Assembly: GCA_037439945.1 (NCBI GenBank)
Contig: JBBIVA010000004.1
Span: 1,309-65,308 of the forward strand
DNA: 64,000 nt
Direction of reading: 5' to 3'
From: Marinilabiliaceae bacterium
Lineage (GTDB): Bacteria > Bacteroidota > Bacteroidia > Bacteroidales > Marinilabiliaceae
The notes beneath the pieces are model-generated. The model was given only the letters and a program-made list of their open reading frames with translations. It was not told where the DNA came from and did no database searches. Positions 20,192-29,898 of the stretch are shown here, piece by piece (the first letter of the stretch is position 1; the number at the start of each line of letters is the position of its first letter). A program made the position numbers and the translations under genes.

Positions 20192-21547
20192 TTATTGATT
20201 GTTATTATAAAACAATTTATTGAGTTTTTTATTATCCAATTGGTAAACCTTAACAATTTGTGGTTTTATTTCCTCAGCCTTTTCGTTTCCCGCTCCCTGA
20301 CCAACTTTTTGTATAAACAAATTCAATTCGCCTTTTCTTCGCCATAATTCTGTATCAAATGAAGGTTCCCAAAGTCCAACTTCCAGTTCATTTATTACCT
20401 TTTGGTCCCATATCATTTCTTTTCCTGTTAATGCTGTTGCAATAACCACATTATTACCTGCTTCTTCATCCCTGTAAACAATATAAAACCTCGTTTTTTC
20501 ACCGAAACTTGTTGCCATTAACTGTGGACGACTAATTGGTATACGCCTTGTGCCCCCACCTGTAAGATTAAAACTTGTTTTTCGGTCAGATGCTTTTGAT
20601 AAATGCCAGTTACTTCCATCATGATAAACCACATAAAATTGTGTCAGTGAATCGCCTTTAGCCCTGAAGTAAGTTGCTATTGCAGGGTTTCCTGAAGCGT
20701 CAGTAGTAATTGATGTTTGATTAATCAGATTACTGTTTTGTTCAATTGCAACAGCTATTTCAGAATCACTATACTTTATTGGAATTTTGAGTGATTTCCC
20801 TGCTGATGTTTCCCAGGTTTTACCCCCATCGGTTGAGCGGGCATAACATAAATTATGATTTGTTGATACATCCCAGGTATCACGCCATACATATGCCAGG
20901 TGAATTGTACCAAAACCATCAACTGCCATTTGCCAGTAAGCATTTCTTAATCCTTCCCCGGTAACAAGGTTATCGTGAACCCTCTCCCATCTTTTCTCTT
21001 TTAAAATATATCTGTTTAAAACTATATTTCCTGAACCTGATGATCCGTACCTGTAAACAAAAAACATCCCTCCATCTGGTAATGAATAAAATTCCGGATA
21101 GGTAACCATTTCATTTTCAAGGGAACCGGTCATAAATAGTTTGGGCCCAAGAATAATTCCCCCCGGAGTTACTGATCTGGCATAGTTTAATGGCGAATTA
21201 TGGTGATCCCACGAAACGTGCAAAAACCCCTCACCATCAACCATAATGCTTATACTGTTATGGGCATCTAAAACATTCCCTGAATACTGGGTTTTGTTTA
21301 ATACCCATTTGTTGGTTCCAAGCCTGCGTTTTCCCAAAACAACTGAACCTGCACTATCATAATAAGCTATAAATTGAAATTTTGAGTCAGATACCAGTGA
21401 GTTTTTTCGAAATATAGTTGCATTTACCGATGTTTTCGACCATCCTTTTCCAACATTCGAAATCACGGGCAATGTTTTGCACCCTGTAACGGTCAACCCC
21501 CAAAAAAATAGTATCAGGAAATTCTTTATTACTTTACTTTTTTGCAT
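20192..21547 (-). CDS. BNR-4 repeat (beta-propeller) family lipoprotein, function unknown
   Basis: 451 aa with lipobox LTVTGC. AHNSISIMVDGEGFLHVSWDHHNSPLNY and the YARSTDGGKTW BNR motif. Confidence 0.65.
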   Translation of the reverse strand: MQKSKVIKNFLILFFWGLTVTGCKTLPVISNVGKGWSKTSVNATIFRKNSLVSDSKFQFIAYYDSAGSVVLGKRRLGTNKWVLNKTQYSGNVLDAHNSISIMVDGEGFLHVSWDHHNSPLNYARSVTPGGIILGPKLFMTGSLENEMVTYPEFYSLPDGGMFFVYRYGSSGSGNIVLNRYILKEKRWERVHDNLVTGEGLRNAYWQMAVDGFGTIHLAYVWRDTWDVSTNHNLCYARSTDGGKTWETSAGKSLKIPIKYSDSEIAVAIEQNSNLINQTSITTDASGNPAIATYFRAKGDSLTQFYVVYHDGSNWHLSKASDRKTSFNLTGGGTRRIPISRPQLMATSFGEKTRFYIVYRDEEAGNNVVIATALTGKEMIWDQKVINELEVGLWEPSFDTELWRRKGELNLFIQKVGQGAGNEKAEEIKPQIVKVYQLDNKKLNKLFYNNNQ

Positions 21548-21697
21548 TTATTTGCATTTTATAGTTTTGAAATTGGCAAAAACAATACTAAAACCTAAAC
21601 CCATATAAATTATATAAACCCAAATTAATCAATAGGAGGCGAAGTATGAGCCGAACTATTTGATTTAATTGGGATAATCCCGATTTAGTGATTGTTT

Positions 21698-21719
21698 CAA
21701 TTCCAAATCTTTGGAATTG
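21698..21719. promoter_or_regulatory. perfect 22-bp palindrome CAATTCCAAA-TC-TTTGGAATTG
   Basis: Read directly from the sequence. Lies in the lacI-to-BNR-4 intergenic region, about 150 bp upstream of the BNR-4/kduI operon start. Confidence 0.4.
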
Positions 21720-21737
21720 ATTACAGGCACTTTATCG

Positions 21738-21761
21738 ATTACGCATTTTCAAATGCGTAAT
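21738..21761. promoter_or_regulatory. perfect 24-bp palindrome ATTACGCATTT-TC-AAATGCGTAAT
   Basis: Read directly from the sequence. Lies 18 bp from the first palindrome. No T tract follows, so it looks more like a binding site than a terminator. Confidence 0.4.
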
Positions 21762-21796
21762 TTGGGATAAATATAATAACTTACTTTTTCAGTAAA

Positions 21797-22825
21797 CTAA
21801 GTTCCAGCTTCTATAAATATTCTGTTGGATGATTCCCTTACATACAAACGCACCGGAATAATTTCTTCAATTCCATAACCTGGGTTGTTTCCTTCAACTA
21901 TTCTAATAAGCGACCGGGCAGCTCTTACGCCCATATCAAATGCGTTTTGTTCAACTGTTGTTAGTCTTGGGGCCATTAAATCGGCAAATGGCTCATTGGC
22001 AAAACCTACAACCCCAATATCATCCGGAATTTTATAGTCCAAAGTTAAAATTGCCTGGATTGCCCCTGATGCTGCAAAATCACCTGCACAAAAAAAAGCA
22101 TCAACTTTGTTGTTTTTCAACAAATTGAGAGCATGCTCAAAGCCAGTCTCTTTTGTAATGGCGTTTTCAATAATTATTGATTGATCCAATGGCAGCGATG
22201 CCTCATCAAGGGCATATTTATACCCCTTAAGCCTCTCCTGATAAACATTTACCCCAACCAATCCGGTTAAATGGGCAATCCGGGTATAACCGTTCCTTAT
22301 TAAATGTTTAACTGCCATGTAAGCCCCTGTAAAATTGTCGTTAATTATGCGGGGCCCCGGAACAGTTTTATTTACCCTGTCAAACTGGACTACAGGAACT
22401 CCTTCTTTACTGCATTTAATTATATGGTCAAAATTTATTGTATCAATCGAGTGCGACATTATTATACCGGCTACCCTGTTTTTAAACAATACATTTATAG
22501 CCTGCTTTTCCTTTAACTCTCTTTCGTGACTTTGACAAATTAAAAGATTATACCCCGATGGATTCAGTACTTCCTCAACTGCACTTATCACATGACTAAA
22601 GAAGTTCCTGTTTATCCGGGGTACTAACATACCAATAGTGTCACTTCGTCCTTTCCTTAAAGATGATGCAACAATATTGGGCTGATAACCTAATTCTTCT
22701 GCTTTCTGATGGACCCGAAGGCGAGTAACCTCGCTTACCCGCATATTGCCCGCCAATGCCCTGGAAACAGTAGAAGGTGTAACATCCAAGGCTTCAGCAA
22801 TATCAATTATAGTAATGCGTTTCAT
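21797..22825 (-). CDS. LacI family transcriptional regulator
   Basis: 342 aa. N-terminal HTH ITIIDIAEALDVTPSTVSRALAG and a periplasmic-binding-fold C-terminal domain. Confidence 0.95.
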   Translation of the reverse strand: MKRITIIDIAEALDVTPSTVSRALAGNMRVSEVTRLRVHQKAEELGYQPNIVASSLRKGRSDTIGMLVPRINRNFFSHVISAVEEVLNPSGYNLLICQSHERELKEKQAINVLFKNRVAGIIMSHSIDTINFDHIIKCSKEGVPVVQFDRVNKTVPGPRIINDNFTGAYMAVKHLIRNGYTRIAHLTGLVGVNVYQERLKGYKYALDEASLPLDQSIIIENAITKETGFEHALNLLKNNKVDAFFCAGDFAASGAIQAILTLDYKIPDDIGVVGFANEPFADLMAPRLTTVEQNAFDMGVRAARSLIRIVEGNNPGYGIEEIIPVRLYVRESSNRIFIEAGT

Positions 22826-22855
22826 AAACTGACCCGGCTAATATTATTACAAAAA

Positions 22856-22869
22856 TACAAACGTTTGCA
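22856..22869. promoter_or_regulatory. candidate LacI-type operator ACAAACGTTTGCAC
   Basis: CAAACGTTTG (22858-22867) is a perfect CG-centred palindrome of the classic LacI/PurR type. It lies about 35 bp upstream of the lacI start codon. Confidence 0.45.
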
Positions 22870-23056
22870 CATAAAACACAACAGAAATCTACTTTTTTTG
22901 GTTTTTGGGTAAAATAAAATAAGTGATATTTTACAAACCCCACATGTAGTATATTATAGAATGTGTTTTTAAAAAACATGTATAAGCATAAGAATCTTAA
23001 TATTACAAATTACCTTATATTTTTTTAAATACTCTTAAAGAATTTACATTAATTTT

Positions 23057-23101
23057 CTTGCAAAAAAAGTAAAGCTGTTATATCTTCGTGTTCGTTAACG
23101 A
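23057..23101 (+). promoter_or_regulatory. candidate uxaC promoter with overlapping palindrome TCGTTAACGA
   Basis: TTG (23058-23060) and TATCTTCG (23081-23088) approximate the Bacteroidota -33/-7 (TAnnTTTG) elements, with a 20-nt spacer. The 10-bp palindrome at 23092-23101 sits at the expected transcription start. Confidence 0.3.
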
Positions 23102-23113
23102 CAATTTAATTAT

Positions 23114-24508
23114 ATGGCAAATTTTATTCATCCCGATTTCATTTTAGAAAATAAAACTGCGCAAAAACTCTATCATGACTACGCTGAGAAGCTACCAATT
23201 GTTGATTTTCACTGCCATCTTTCACCAAAACTGATTGCCGATAACCATCAGTTTGACAGCCTTGGGCAAATTTGGCTTGAAGGTGATCACTACAAATGGA
23301 GGGCAATGCGCACAAACGGTGTTGACGAAGAATACTGCACAGGTAAACACTCTTTTCGCGATAAATTCCAGAAATGGGCTGAAACATTACCTTACACAAT
23401 TGGAAACCCGCTGCATCACTGGGCTCATCTTGAGTTGGCAAGGTATTTCAATATTTTTGAATTACTTACACCGTCAAACGCAGGTAAAATATATGATAAG
23501 GCCACCGAAATGTTGCGCCAGGATGACTTTACAACCCAAAACATCCTGAAAAAAATGAATGTTGATGTTGTGGGTACAACAGATGATCCTATTGATAACC
23601 TGGAACATCACAAAGCCCTTATTAATTTTAGCGTTAAAATAAGACCAACCTTCAGGCCCGACAATGTTCTGAAAACAGAAGACCCTGCTTTTTTCCTTGG
23701 TTATATAAAAAAACTTGAGGCAGCCTCGGGTAAATCAATATCAAACCTAGGTGAGCTTATTTCTGCTCTTGACGACCGCCATGCATATTTTAACAGTATA
23801 GGTTGCAAAGCATCGGACCATGGACTTGACAGATTATACTATACGGCTGAATTTAAAAAAGGTGCTGAAAAGTCATTCGAAAAACTATTGGCCGGCCAAT
23901 CCATAACCGGTGAAGAAACAGAAGGTTACAGAACCTATGTAATGTACGAGCTATGTAAAATGAACCACAAACGTGGCTGGGTACAGCAGTTCCATTTAGG
24001 TGCAATGCGCAACAATAATACACGTATGTTCCGCAAACTTGGGGCCGATGTTGGTTTTGATTCAATCGGCAATTCACAGGACGCTGTTAAAATTTCAAGG
24101 TTCATGGATTTGTTGGATACCGAAGATAAATTGGCTAAAACAATTTTGTACAACCTTAACCCTGCCGACAACGAAATGTTTGTTACCATGTTGGGGAATT
24201 TTCAGGATGGCAGGACACCAGGAAAAATACAATATGGGGCAGGTTGGTGGTTTCTTGACCAGAAAGTGGGCATGGAGAAACACCTGAGAGACTTATCAGT
24301 ACTTGGTTTAACTGCAAGATTTGTTGGTATGGTTACAGATTCGAGGAGTTTCCTGTCATACCCGAGACATGAATATTTCCGCAGAATTTTATGCAATTAC
24401 CTCGGGACCGAAATTGAAAAGGGACTCATTCCAAATGATCCGGAACTCTTAAAAAAGGTTGTTGAAGATATTTGCTACTTCAACCCAATGAATTATTTTG
24501 AATTTTAA
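23114..24508 (+). CDS. uxaC: glucuronate isomerase
   Basis: 464 aa. LPIVDFHCHL, DHYKWRAMR and GMVTDSRSFLSY motifs. Confidence 0.95.
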   Translation: MANFIHPDFILENKTAQKLYHDYAEKLPIVDFHCHLSPKLIADNHQFDSLGQIWLEGDHYKWRAMRTNGVDEEYCTGKHSFRDKFQKWAETLPYTIGNPLHHWAHLELARYFNIFELLTPSNAGKIYDKATEMLRQDDFTTQNILKKMNVDVVGTTDDPIDNLEHHKALINFSVKIRPTFRPDNVLKTEDPAFFLGYIKKLEAASGKSISNLGELISALDDRHAYFNSIGCKASDHGLDRLYYTAEFKKGAEKSFEKLLAGQSITGEETEGYRTYVMYELCKMNHKRGWVQQFHLGAMRNNNTRMFRKLGADVGFDSIGNSQDAVKISRFMDLLDTEDKLAKTILYNLNPADNEMFVTMLGNFQDGRTPGKIQYGAGWWFLDQKVGMEKHLRDLSVLGLTARFVGMVTDSRSFLSYPRHEYFRRILCNYLGTEIEKGLIPNDPELLKKVVEDICYFNPMNYFEF

Positions 24509-24589
24509 ATAAAACAGTAACCCCGATGGGTAAGTTATGAAATTTGTTTAATGTTATAAAGCAGAAAATGATATTTGAATTTAACTTTT

Positions 24590-24630
24590 CATCCGTAAAT
24601 TATTTTTTGATTAAGGCCGGATAGCCTGCC
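24590..24630 (-). repeat. orphan right-end module of the family-1 repeat
   Basis: CATCCGTAAATTATTTTTTGATTAAGGCCGGATAGCC matches the gene-proximal ends at 1364-1400 and 42961-43000. Here only ATG AAA AGT TAA follows. Confidence 0.6.
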
Positions 24631-24667
24631 CCAATATATTTTAATTCTAATTTTAACTATAATAAAA

Positions 24668-25705
24668 ATGAAACCAAAAGTTGTTTCTTTCGGAGAAATA
24701 ATGTTGAGATTATCCACACCAGGATACCAGCGATTTGCACAAGCTACGTCATTTGATGCATGTTATGGAGGTGGCGAAGCTAATGTTGCCGTTTCATTGG
24801 CGAACTATGGAATTGACTCCTCGTTTGTTACAGCGTTACCAAAAAATGACCTTGGACGTGCCTGTCATATGGAATTGATGAAATATGGTGTAGAAACGGA
24901 TAATATTAAGTTTGGAGGCGAAAGACTCGGTATTTATTTCCTTGAAACCGGTGCGGTTGCAAGGGCAAGCAAGGTTGTTTATGACCGTGCCCACTCATCT
25001 TTTTCACAGGTTAAAAAAGGCGATTTTGATTGGGACAAAATACTTGATGGTGTTTCATGGTTTCACTGGACAGGGATTACCCCTGCTGTTTCACAGGGAG
25101 CTGCTGATGCCTGCCTTGAAGCTATTCAAACTGCAAACAGAAAAGGTGTTACAGTATCATGTGATTTAAACTACCGTAAAAATTTATGGAAATATGGTAA
25201 AAAGGCAGGAGAAGTTATGCCTGTCCTTGTTGCCGGATGTGATGTGGTTTTAGGAAACGAAGAAGATGCCGAAATGGTGCTTGGAATTAAACCTGAAGGA
25301 GTTAACATAACGGGTGGACATGTTGAAGCTGAAGCATACCGAAGTGTTTCTGAACAAATTATGAAGCAGTTCCCAAGGGTTAAAAAAGTAATTACTACTT
25401 TACGCGGGTCAGTAAATGCCAATCATAATTCATGGTCGGGAGTTTTATTCGATGGCAAAAACCTTTATACAGCCCCAACTTATCAGATTACCCATATTGT
25501 TGACCGCGTAGGTGGTGGCGACTCTTTTATGGGTGGTTTAATTTATGGATTACTAACCTACACCGGTAATGATGAGAAAGCCCTGAATTTTGCTACAGCT
25601 GCATCCTGCTTAAAACATACAATACTTGGCGACTTTAACCAGGTTACTGTAGACGAGGTTGAAAAACTGATGGGGGGCGATGCATCAGGAAGAGTTTCGA
25701 GGTAA
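24668..25705 (+). CDS. kdgK: 2-dehydro-3-deoxygluconokinase (pfkB family)
   Basis: 345 aa. FGEIMLRL, GGGEANVA and DRVGGGDSF motifs. Located between uxaC and eda. Confidence 0.85.
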   Translation: MKPKVVSFGEIMLRLSTPGYQRFAQATSFDACYGGGEANVAVSLANYGIDSSFVTALPKNDLGRACHMELMKYGVETDNIKFGGERLGIYFLETGAVARASKVVYDRAHSSFSQVKKGDFDWDKILDGVSWFHWTGITPAVSQGAADACLEAIQTANRKGVTVSCDLNYRKNLWKYGKKAGEVMPVLVAGCDVVLGNEEDAEMVLGIKPEGVNITGGHVEAEAYRSVSEQIMKQFPRVKKVITTLRGSVNANHNSWSGVLFDGKNLYTAPTYQITHIVDRVGGGDSFMGGLIYGLLTYTGNDEKALNFATAASCLKHTILGDFNQVTVDEVEKLMGGDASGRVSR

Positions 25706-25799
25706 TACCAGAGAAAACAGTATTTAAGATGGTTATGATTTAATTTGTTAGTTCATAAAATCTACCCATCTTAAATCTACAATCAAATAATCTAATATT

Positions 25800-26471
25800 A
25801 TGGCAAAATATAGTCGAAGTGAGGTTTTTTCGGCAATGAAATCTACAGGTGTAGTGCCGGTATTTTTTCATTCTGATTTAGAAGTTTGTAAAAACGTTGT
25901 TAAAGCATGTTATGATGGGGGTATAAGGGTTTTTGAGTTTGTTAACCGTGGCGACTTTGCGCACGAAATATTCAGCGAGCTTAACAAATATGCTTTAAAA
26001 GAACTGCCCGGGATGATAATGGGTGCCGGATCACTTGTTGACCCGGCTACTACTGCCATTTATATTCAGGCAGGTGCAAATTTCATAGTTTCTCCATTAC
26101 TAAATGAAGAGATGGCAAAAATTTGTAACCGCCGTGGCGTTTCATGGTCACCCGGTTGCGGTACAATCTCTGAAATTAATAAGGCACAGGAACTGGGGGC
26201 AGAAGTAGTTAAGTTATTCCCGGCCTCTGAAATAGGGGGCCCTTCGTTTGTTAAAGCTGTAAAGGGCCCAATGCCCTGGACAAACATAATGCCAACAGGT
26301 GGGGTTGATACAACCGAACCGAACCTGAGGGAGTGGTTCGATGCAGGTGTGGTATGTGTTGGAATGGGATCAAACCTTTTTCCAAAGGAGATTATGGCAT
26401 CAAAGAACTATGGTGCTTTAACACAAAAAGTTACCGAATTAATGGAAACACTTAATAAAGTTAAAAAATAA
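25800..26471 (+). CDS. eda: KDPG / 4-hydroxy-2-oxoglutarate aldolase
   Basis: 223 aa. GIRVFEFVNRG, KLFPA and PTGGV motifs. Confidence 0.9.
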   Translation: MAKYSRSEVFSAMKSTGVVPVFFHSDLEVCKNVVKACYDGGIRVFEFVNRGDFAHEIFSELNKYALKELPGMIMGAGSLVDPATTAIYIQAGANFIVSPLLNEEMAKICNRRGVSWSPGCGTISEINKAQELGAEVVKLFPASEIGGPSFVKAVKGPMPWTNIMPTGGVDTTEPNLREWFDAGVVCVGMGSNLFPKEIMASKNYGALTQKVTELMETLNKVKK

Positions 26472-26476
26472 CCATT

Positions 26477-27325
26477 ATGAATTCTCCAATTGAAAAACTC
26501 AATCTTGAAGGAAAAGTTGGTGTTATTACCGGTGGTGGTGGAGTAATATGCTCCACCATGGCTAAAGCTATGGCTATGAATGGAATAAAAACAGCAATTC
26601 TTGACCTTAACCTTGAAGCGGCCGAAATTGTAGCCTCTGAAATTAAATCAACTACCGGAATTGAATCAATTGGCTTATCGGCTAACGTCCTTAATCGTGA
26701 ATCGTTGGAAGAAGCAAAAAAAATAATCAACCAGAAACTTGGTAAAATTGATTTTCTTATAAACGGGGCGGGTGGTAATGCTGCAACAGCAACATCAAAG
26801 GTTGAAAAAATGTCCCTTACCGACAATCCGGAAGATACATTCTTCGGATTACAGATTGAAGGTTTTGATAAAACCTTTGACCTGAACTTTAAAGGAACCC
26901 TTTTGCCTACATTGGTTTTTGCAACCGATATGATTGAAAAACAAAGCGGGGGAATCGTAAACATATCATCAATGAACTCATACAGGCCACTTACCAGAAT
27001 TGCGGCCTATTCAGCATCAAAAGCGGCTATAAACAATTTTACGCAATGGCTTTCAGTTCATTTTGCAAAAACAGGCGTAAGGGTTAATGCTATTGCTCCG
27101 GGATTTTTACTGACAAACCAAAACAGGTTTTTACTGGTTGATGAAAATACAGGCGAATCAACTCCACGCGGGAAAAAAATTATTAACGGAACTCCTATGG
27201 AACGTTATGGCACACCGGAAGAACTCTCAGGAACCCTTATTTATCTTTTATCAGACTGGTCGAAATTCATTACCGGAATAGTTATTCCTGTTGATGGTGG
27301 ATTTAGCGCCTACAGTGGTGTATAA
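26477..27325 (+). CDS. uxuB: SDR-type D-mannonate oxidoreductase-like enzyme
   Basis: 282 aa. LEGKVGVITGGGGVICSTMA, YSASKAA and NAIAPGF. Resembles the short-chain UxuB of Bacteroides. The function is inferred from context. Confidence 0.6.
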   Translation: MNSPIEKLNLEGKVGVITGGGGVICSTMAKAMAMNGIKTAILDLNLEAAEIVASEIKSTTGIESIGLSANVLNRESLEEAKKIINQKLGKIDFLINGAGGNAATATSKVEKMSLTDNPEDTFFGLQIEGFDKTFDLNFKGTLLPTLVFATDMIEKQSGGIVNISSMNSYRPLTRIAAYSASKAAINNFTQWLSVHFAKTGVRVNAIAPGFLLTNQNRFLLVDENTGESTPRGKKIINGTPMERYGTPEELSGTLIYLLSDWSKFITGIVIPVDGGFSAYSGV

Positions 27326-27451
27326 AAAGTTTATACCAAATTAAGCATTATTAAAATCAGGTTATTCTTTAATTGATTCAAATCTGTAAGTAAAACTATA
27401 AATAATATGATTACCTGATTTATTTTTATTTAACCCTTAATATCTGGTCTT

Positions 27452-28531
27452 ATGAGTATCGAATTAAAAAAAGAGTATAAATGGTCGCTTATAGTGCCAA
27501 CAAGCATGGGGGTAAGGATTACCCCTGCCAATGGTCAGCCGGTGCACAGCAGCGATACATTTTTTATGCAGGCAACCAGTGCTGAAACAAATGTTGCCAG
27601 CATCCCTTCTTATCTTGGTTTACCCGTTAAAGTGCTCACTACATTTGTTAAAGATAGCCCTATAGCTCAGTTTATTAAAAGCAACCTTAAGAACCGCCAT
27701 ATGGATTATGAAGGCGTAGAAGTTGAGCAGGGTGACCCATGGGGATACCGTCACCAGTTTAACATTGCCGACAGTGGCTTTGGTGCCCGTGGGCCAAGAG
27801 TTCAAAACGACAGGGCCGGTGAAGTTGGCCGCACATTAAATGTGAAAGATTTTGATTTAGACCGTATTTTTGGTAAAGAAGGTGTACTGGTAGTTCATTT
27901 ATCGGGACTAATTGGAGCTTTATCGCCCGAAACAAGCAATTTTTGCCTTGAGCTTGCCAGAGCTGCAAAAAAATACGGAACCCGTATCTCATTTGATTTG
28001 AACCACAGAGCATCATTCTGGAAGGGACGTGAAAAAGAACTCAGGGCTATTTTTACTGAGATAGCATCTGTTTCAGATATATTAATTGGTAATGAAGAGG
28101 ATTTCCAACTTTGCCTGGGCATTGAAGGACCTGAGGCCGGAGGTAAAGCCATAACCGACAAAATTGACAGCTTCAAGGAAATGATAATGAGAGTAAAAAA
28201 AGCCTTTCCTAATGCATCGGTATTTGCAACTACTTTAAGACAGGTAATAAATGCCAATGAACACCTTTGGGGAGCAATTATGCTTGAAGGTAATAACTGG
28301 CATATTGTTGAACCTCGTGAAATAAGAGTTCTTGACCGTATTGGCGGTGGCGATGGTTTTGTTGGAGGGATGATATATGGAATACTGAAAAATTGGGAAC
28401 CTCAAAAATGGATTCAGTTTGGATGGGCTACCGGTGCACTTGCAACTACTTTTATAACTGATTATGCACAACCTGCCGATGAAGATATGGTTTGGAGTAT
28501 TTGGGGTGGAAATGCAAGGGTAAGAAGATAG
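27452..28531 (+). CDS. pfkB-family sugar/sugar-acid kinase, second paralog, substrate unknown
   Basis: 359 aa. C-terminal DRIGGGDGFVGG anion-hole motif. Diverged from the kdgK at 24668. Confidence 0.75.
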   Translation: MSIELKKEYKWSLIVPTSMGVRITPANGQPVHSSDTFFMQATSAETNVASIPSYLGLPVKVLTTFVKDSPIAQFIKSNLKNRHMDYEGVEVEQGDPWGYRHQFNIADSGFGARGPRVQNDRAGEVGRTLNVKDFDLDRIFGKEGVLVVHLSGLIGALSPETSNFCLELARAAKKYGTRISFDLNHRASFWKGREKELRAIFTEIASVSDILIGNEEDFQLCLGIEGPEAGGKAITDKIDSFKEMIMRVKKAFPNASVFATTLRQVINANEHLWGAIMLEGNNWHIVEPREIRVLDRIGGGDGFVGGMIYGILKNWEPQKWIQFGWATGALATTFITDYAQPADEDMVWSIWGGNARVRR

Positions 28532-28623
28532 ATATTAAAATATCTTTTTTCAATAAACCCAAATGACCAATCAGGGATAAAAAAGAATTAGTTAGTTAAC
28601 ATTAACAACTAAAAATTTAAACC

Positions 28624-29898
28624 ATGGTATATTACAGGCGTGGGTCAGAGAATGATGTATTAACTTCTGAAGATTTAAAAACAGCACTTTATGCTGCCCT
28701 TGATAAACTCGGTGAGAAAAAAAGAGTCCTTGCCATTCCCCCTGATTATACACGTTATCATTCAAGGGCCGGTGAGTTAACTTCATACACTTATGAATAT
28801 TACAAAAACAATCTTGTAGATATTCTACCTGCCCTTGGAACGCATAGTCCAATGTCCGATCATGAAATCAGCCACATGTTCCCGGGTGTACCAAATAATC
28901 TGTTCAGAATTCATGACTGGCGTAACGATGTTGTTACCCTTGGTTTTGTGCCGGCTGATTACATAAAAGAAATTACCGGTGGACGTATTAATTATGAATG
29001 GCCTGCCCAGGTTAATAAACTTCTTATTGATGGTAATCATGACCTTATATTGTCAATTGGCCAGGTTGTTCCCCATGAAGTTATAGGAATGGCCAACTAC
29101 AACAAAAACATTTTTGTTGGAACCGGTGGCTCCGAAGGAATTAATAAAAGTCACTTTATTGGTGCTGCATACGGAATGGAACGAATAATGGGAAGGGCAA
29201 CCAATCCGGTACGTAAGGTATTGAATTATGCGTCAGAGAATTACACAAGTCATTTGCCAATTATATATGTACAAACGGTTGTGGGCAGGGCAAACGATGG
29301 AAAACTTGTTACGCGTGGAATTTTTATTGGTGATGATGAGGAAGTTTTTGAAATGGCCGCTGATTTATCAATAAAAGTGAATTTTGAAATGGTTCAGGAA
29401 CCCCTTAAAAAAGTGGTGGTTTATCTTGACCCATCTGAATTTAAAAGCACATGGTTAGGAAATAAAAGTATATACAGAACCAGAATGGCATTGGCCGATG
29501 GCGCTGAACTCATAGTACTGGCACCCGGACTTAAAGAGTTTGGAGAAGATAAAACCATCGACAAACTGATTCGGAAATATGGTTATTGTGGCACTCCAAA
29601 AACATTACATGCTGTTGAATCAAACCCTGAAATGAAAAGCAATCTTGGTGCTGCTGCCCACCTTATTCATGGAAGCTCTGAGGGGCGTTTTTCGGTTACC
29701 TATTGCCCGGGGTTTTTAACCCAAGAGGAAATTGAGTCTGTTCACTTTAATTATGCAGATTTAAATGAAATGACAAAATTATATGACCCCGAAAAACTTA
29801 ACGACGGGAAAAATATTTTGCAAAATGGCGAAGAAATATTTTATATCTCAAACCCGGCCGTTGGATTGTGGGCACATGGCGACCGTTTCAAAGACTAA
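28624..29898 (+). CDS. LarA-like (lactate racemase superfamily / DUF2088) protein, candidate sugar-acid epimerase
   Basis: 424 aa. PPDYTR, ALGTHSP, VPHEVIGMANYNK and NKSH align by eye with LarA SDHTRP, GFHRP (His108), SHFFAGFSGGRK (His174, Lys184) and NH (His200). Confidence 0.65.
   Translation: MVYYRRGSENDVLTSEDLKTALYAALDKLGEKKRVLAIPPDYTRYHSRAGELTSYTYEYYKNNLVDILPALGTHSPMSDHEISHMFPGVPNNLFRIHDWRNDVVTLGFVPADYIKEITGGRINYEWPAQVNKLLIDGNHDLILSIGQVVPHEVIGMANYNKNIFVGTGGSEGINKSHFIGAAYGMERIMGRATNPVRKVLNYASENYTSHLPIIYVQTVVGRANDGKLVTRGIFIGDDEEVFEMAADLSIKVNFEMVQEPLKKVVVYLDPSEFKSTWLGNKSIYRTRMALADGAELIVLAPGLKEFGEDKTIDKLIRKYGYCGTPKTLHAVESNPEMKSNLGAAAHLIHGSSEGRFSVTYCPGFLTQEEIESVHFNYADLNEMTKLYDPEKLNDGKNILQNGEEIFYISNPAVGLWAHGDRFKD

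Noticed and set aside
26461-26964. 167-aa minus-strand ORF
   Set aside because: It is antisense to the SDR (uxuB-like) gene, which has clear Rossmann and catalytic motifs. The antisense product is low complexity. The same reasoning rejects 18541-18990, 27895-28257, 35903-36277, 13737-14111 and the other embedded antisense ORFs.
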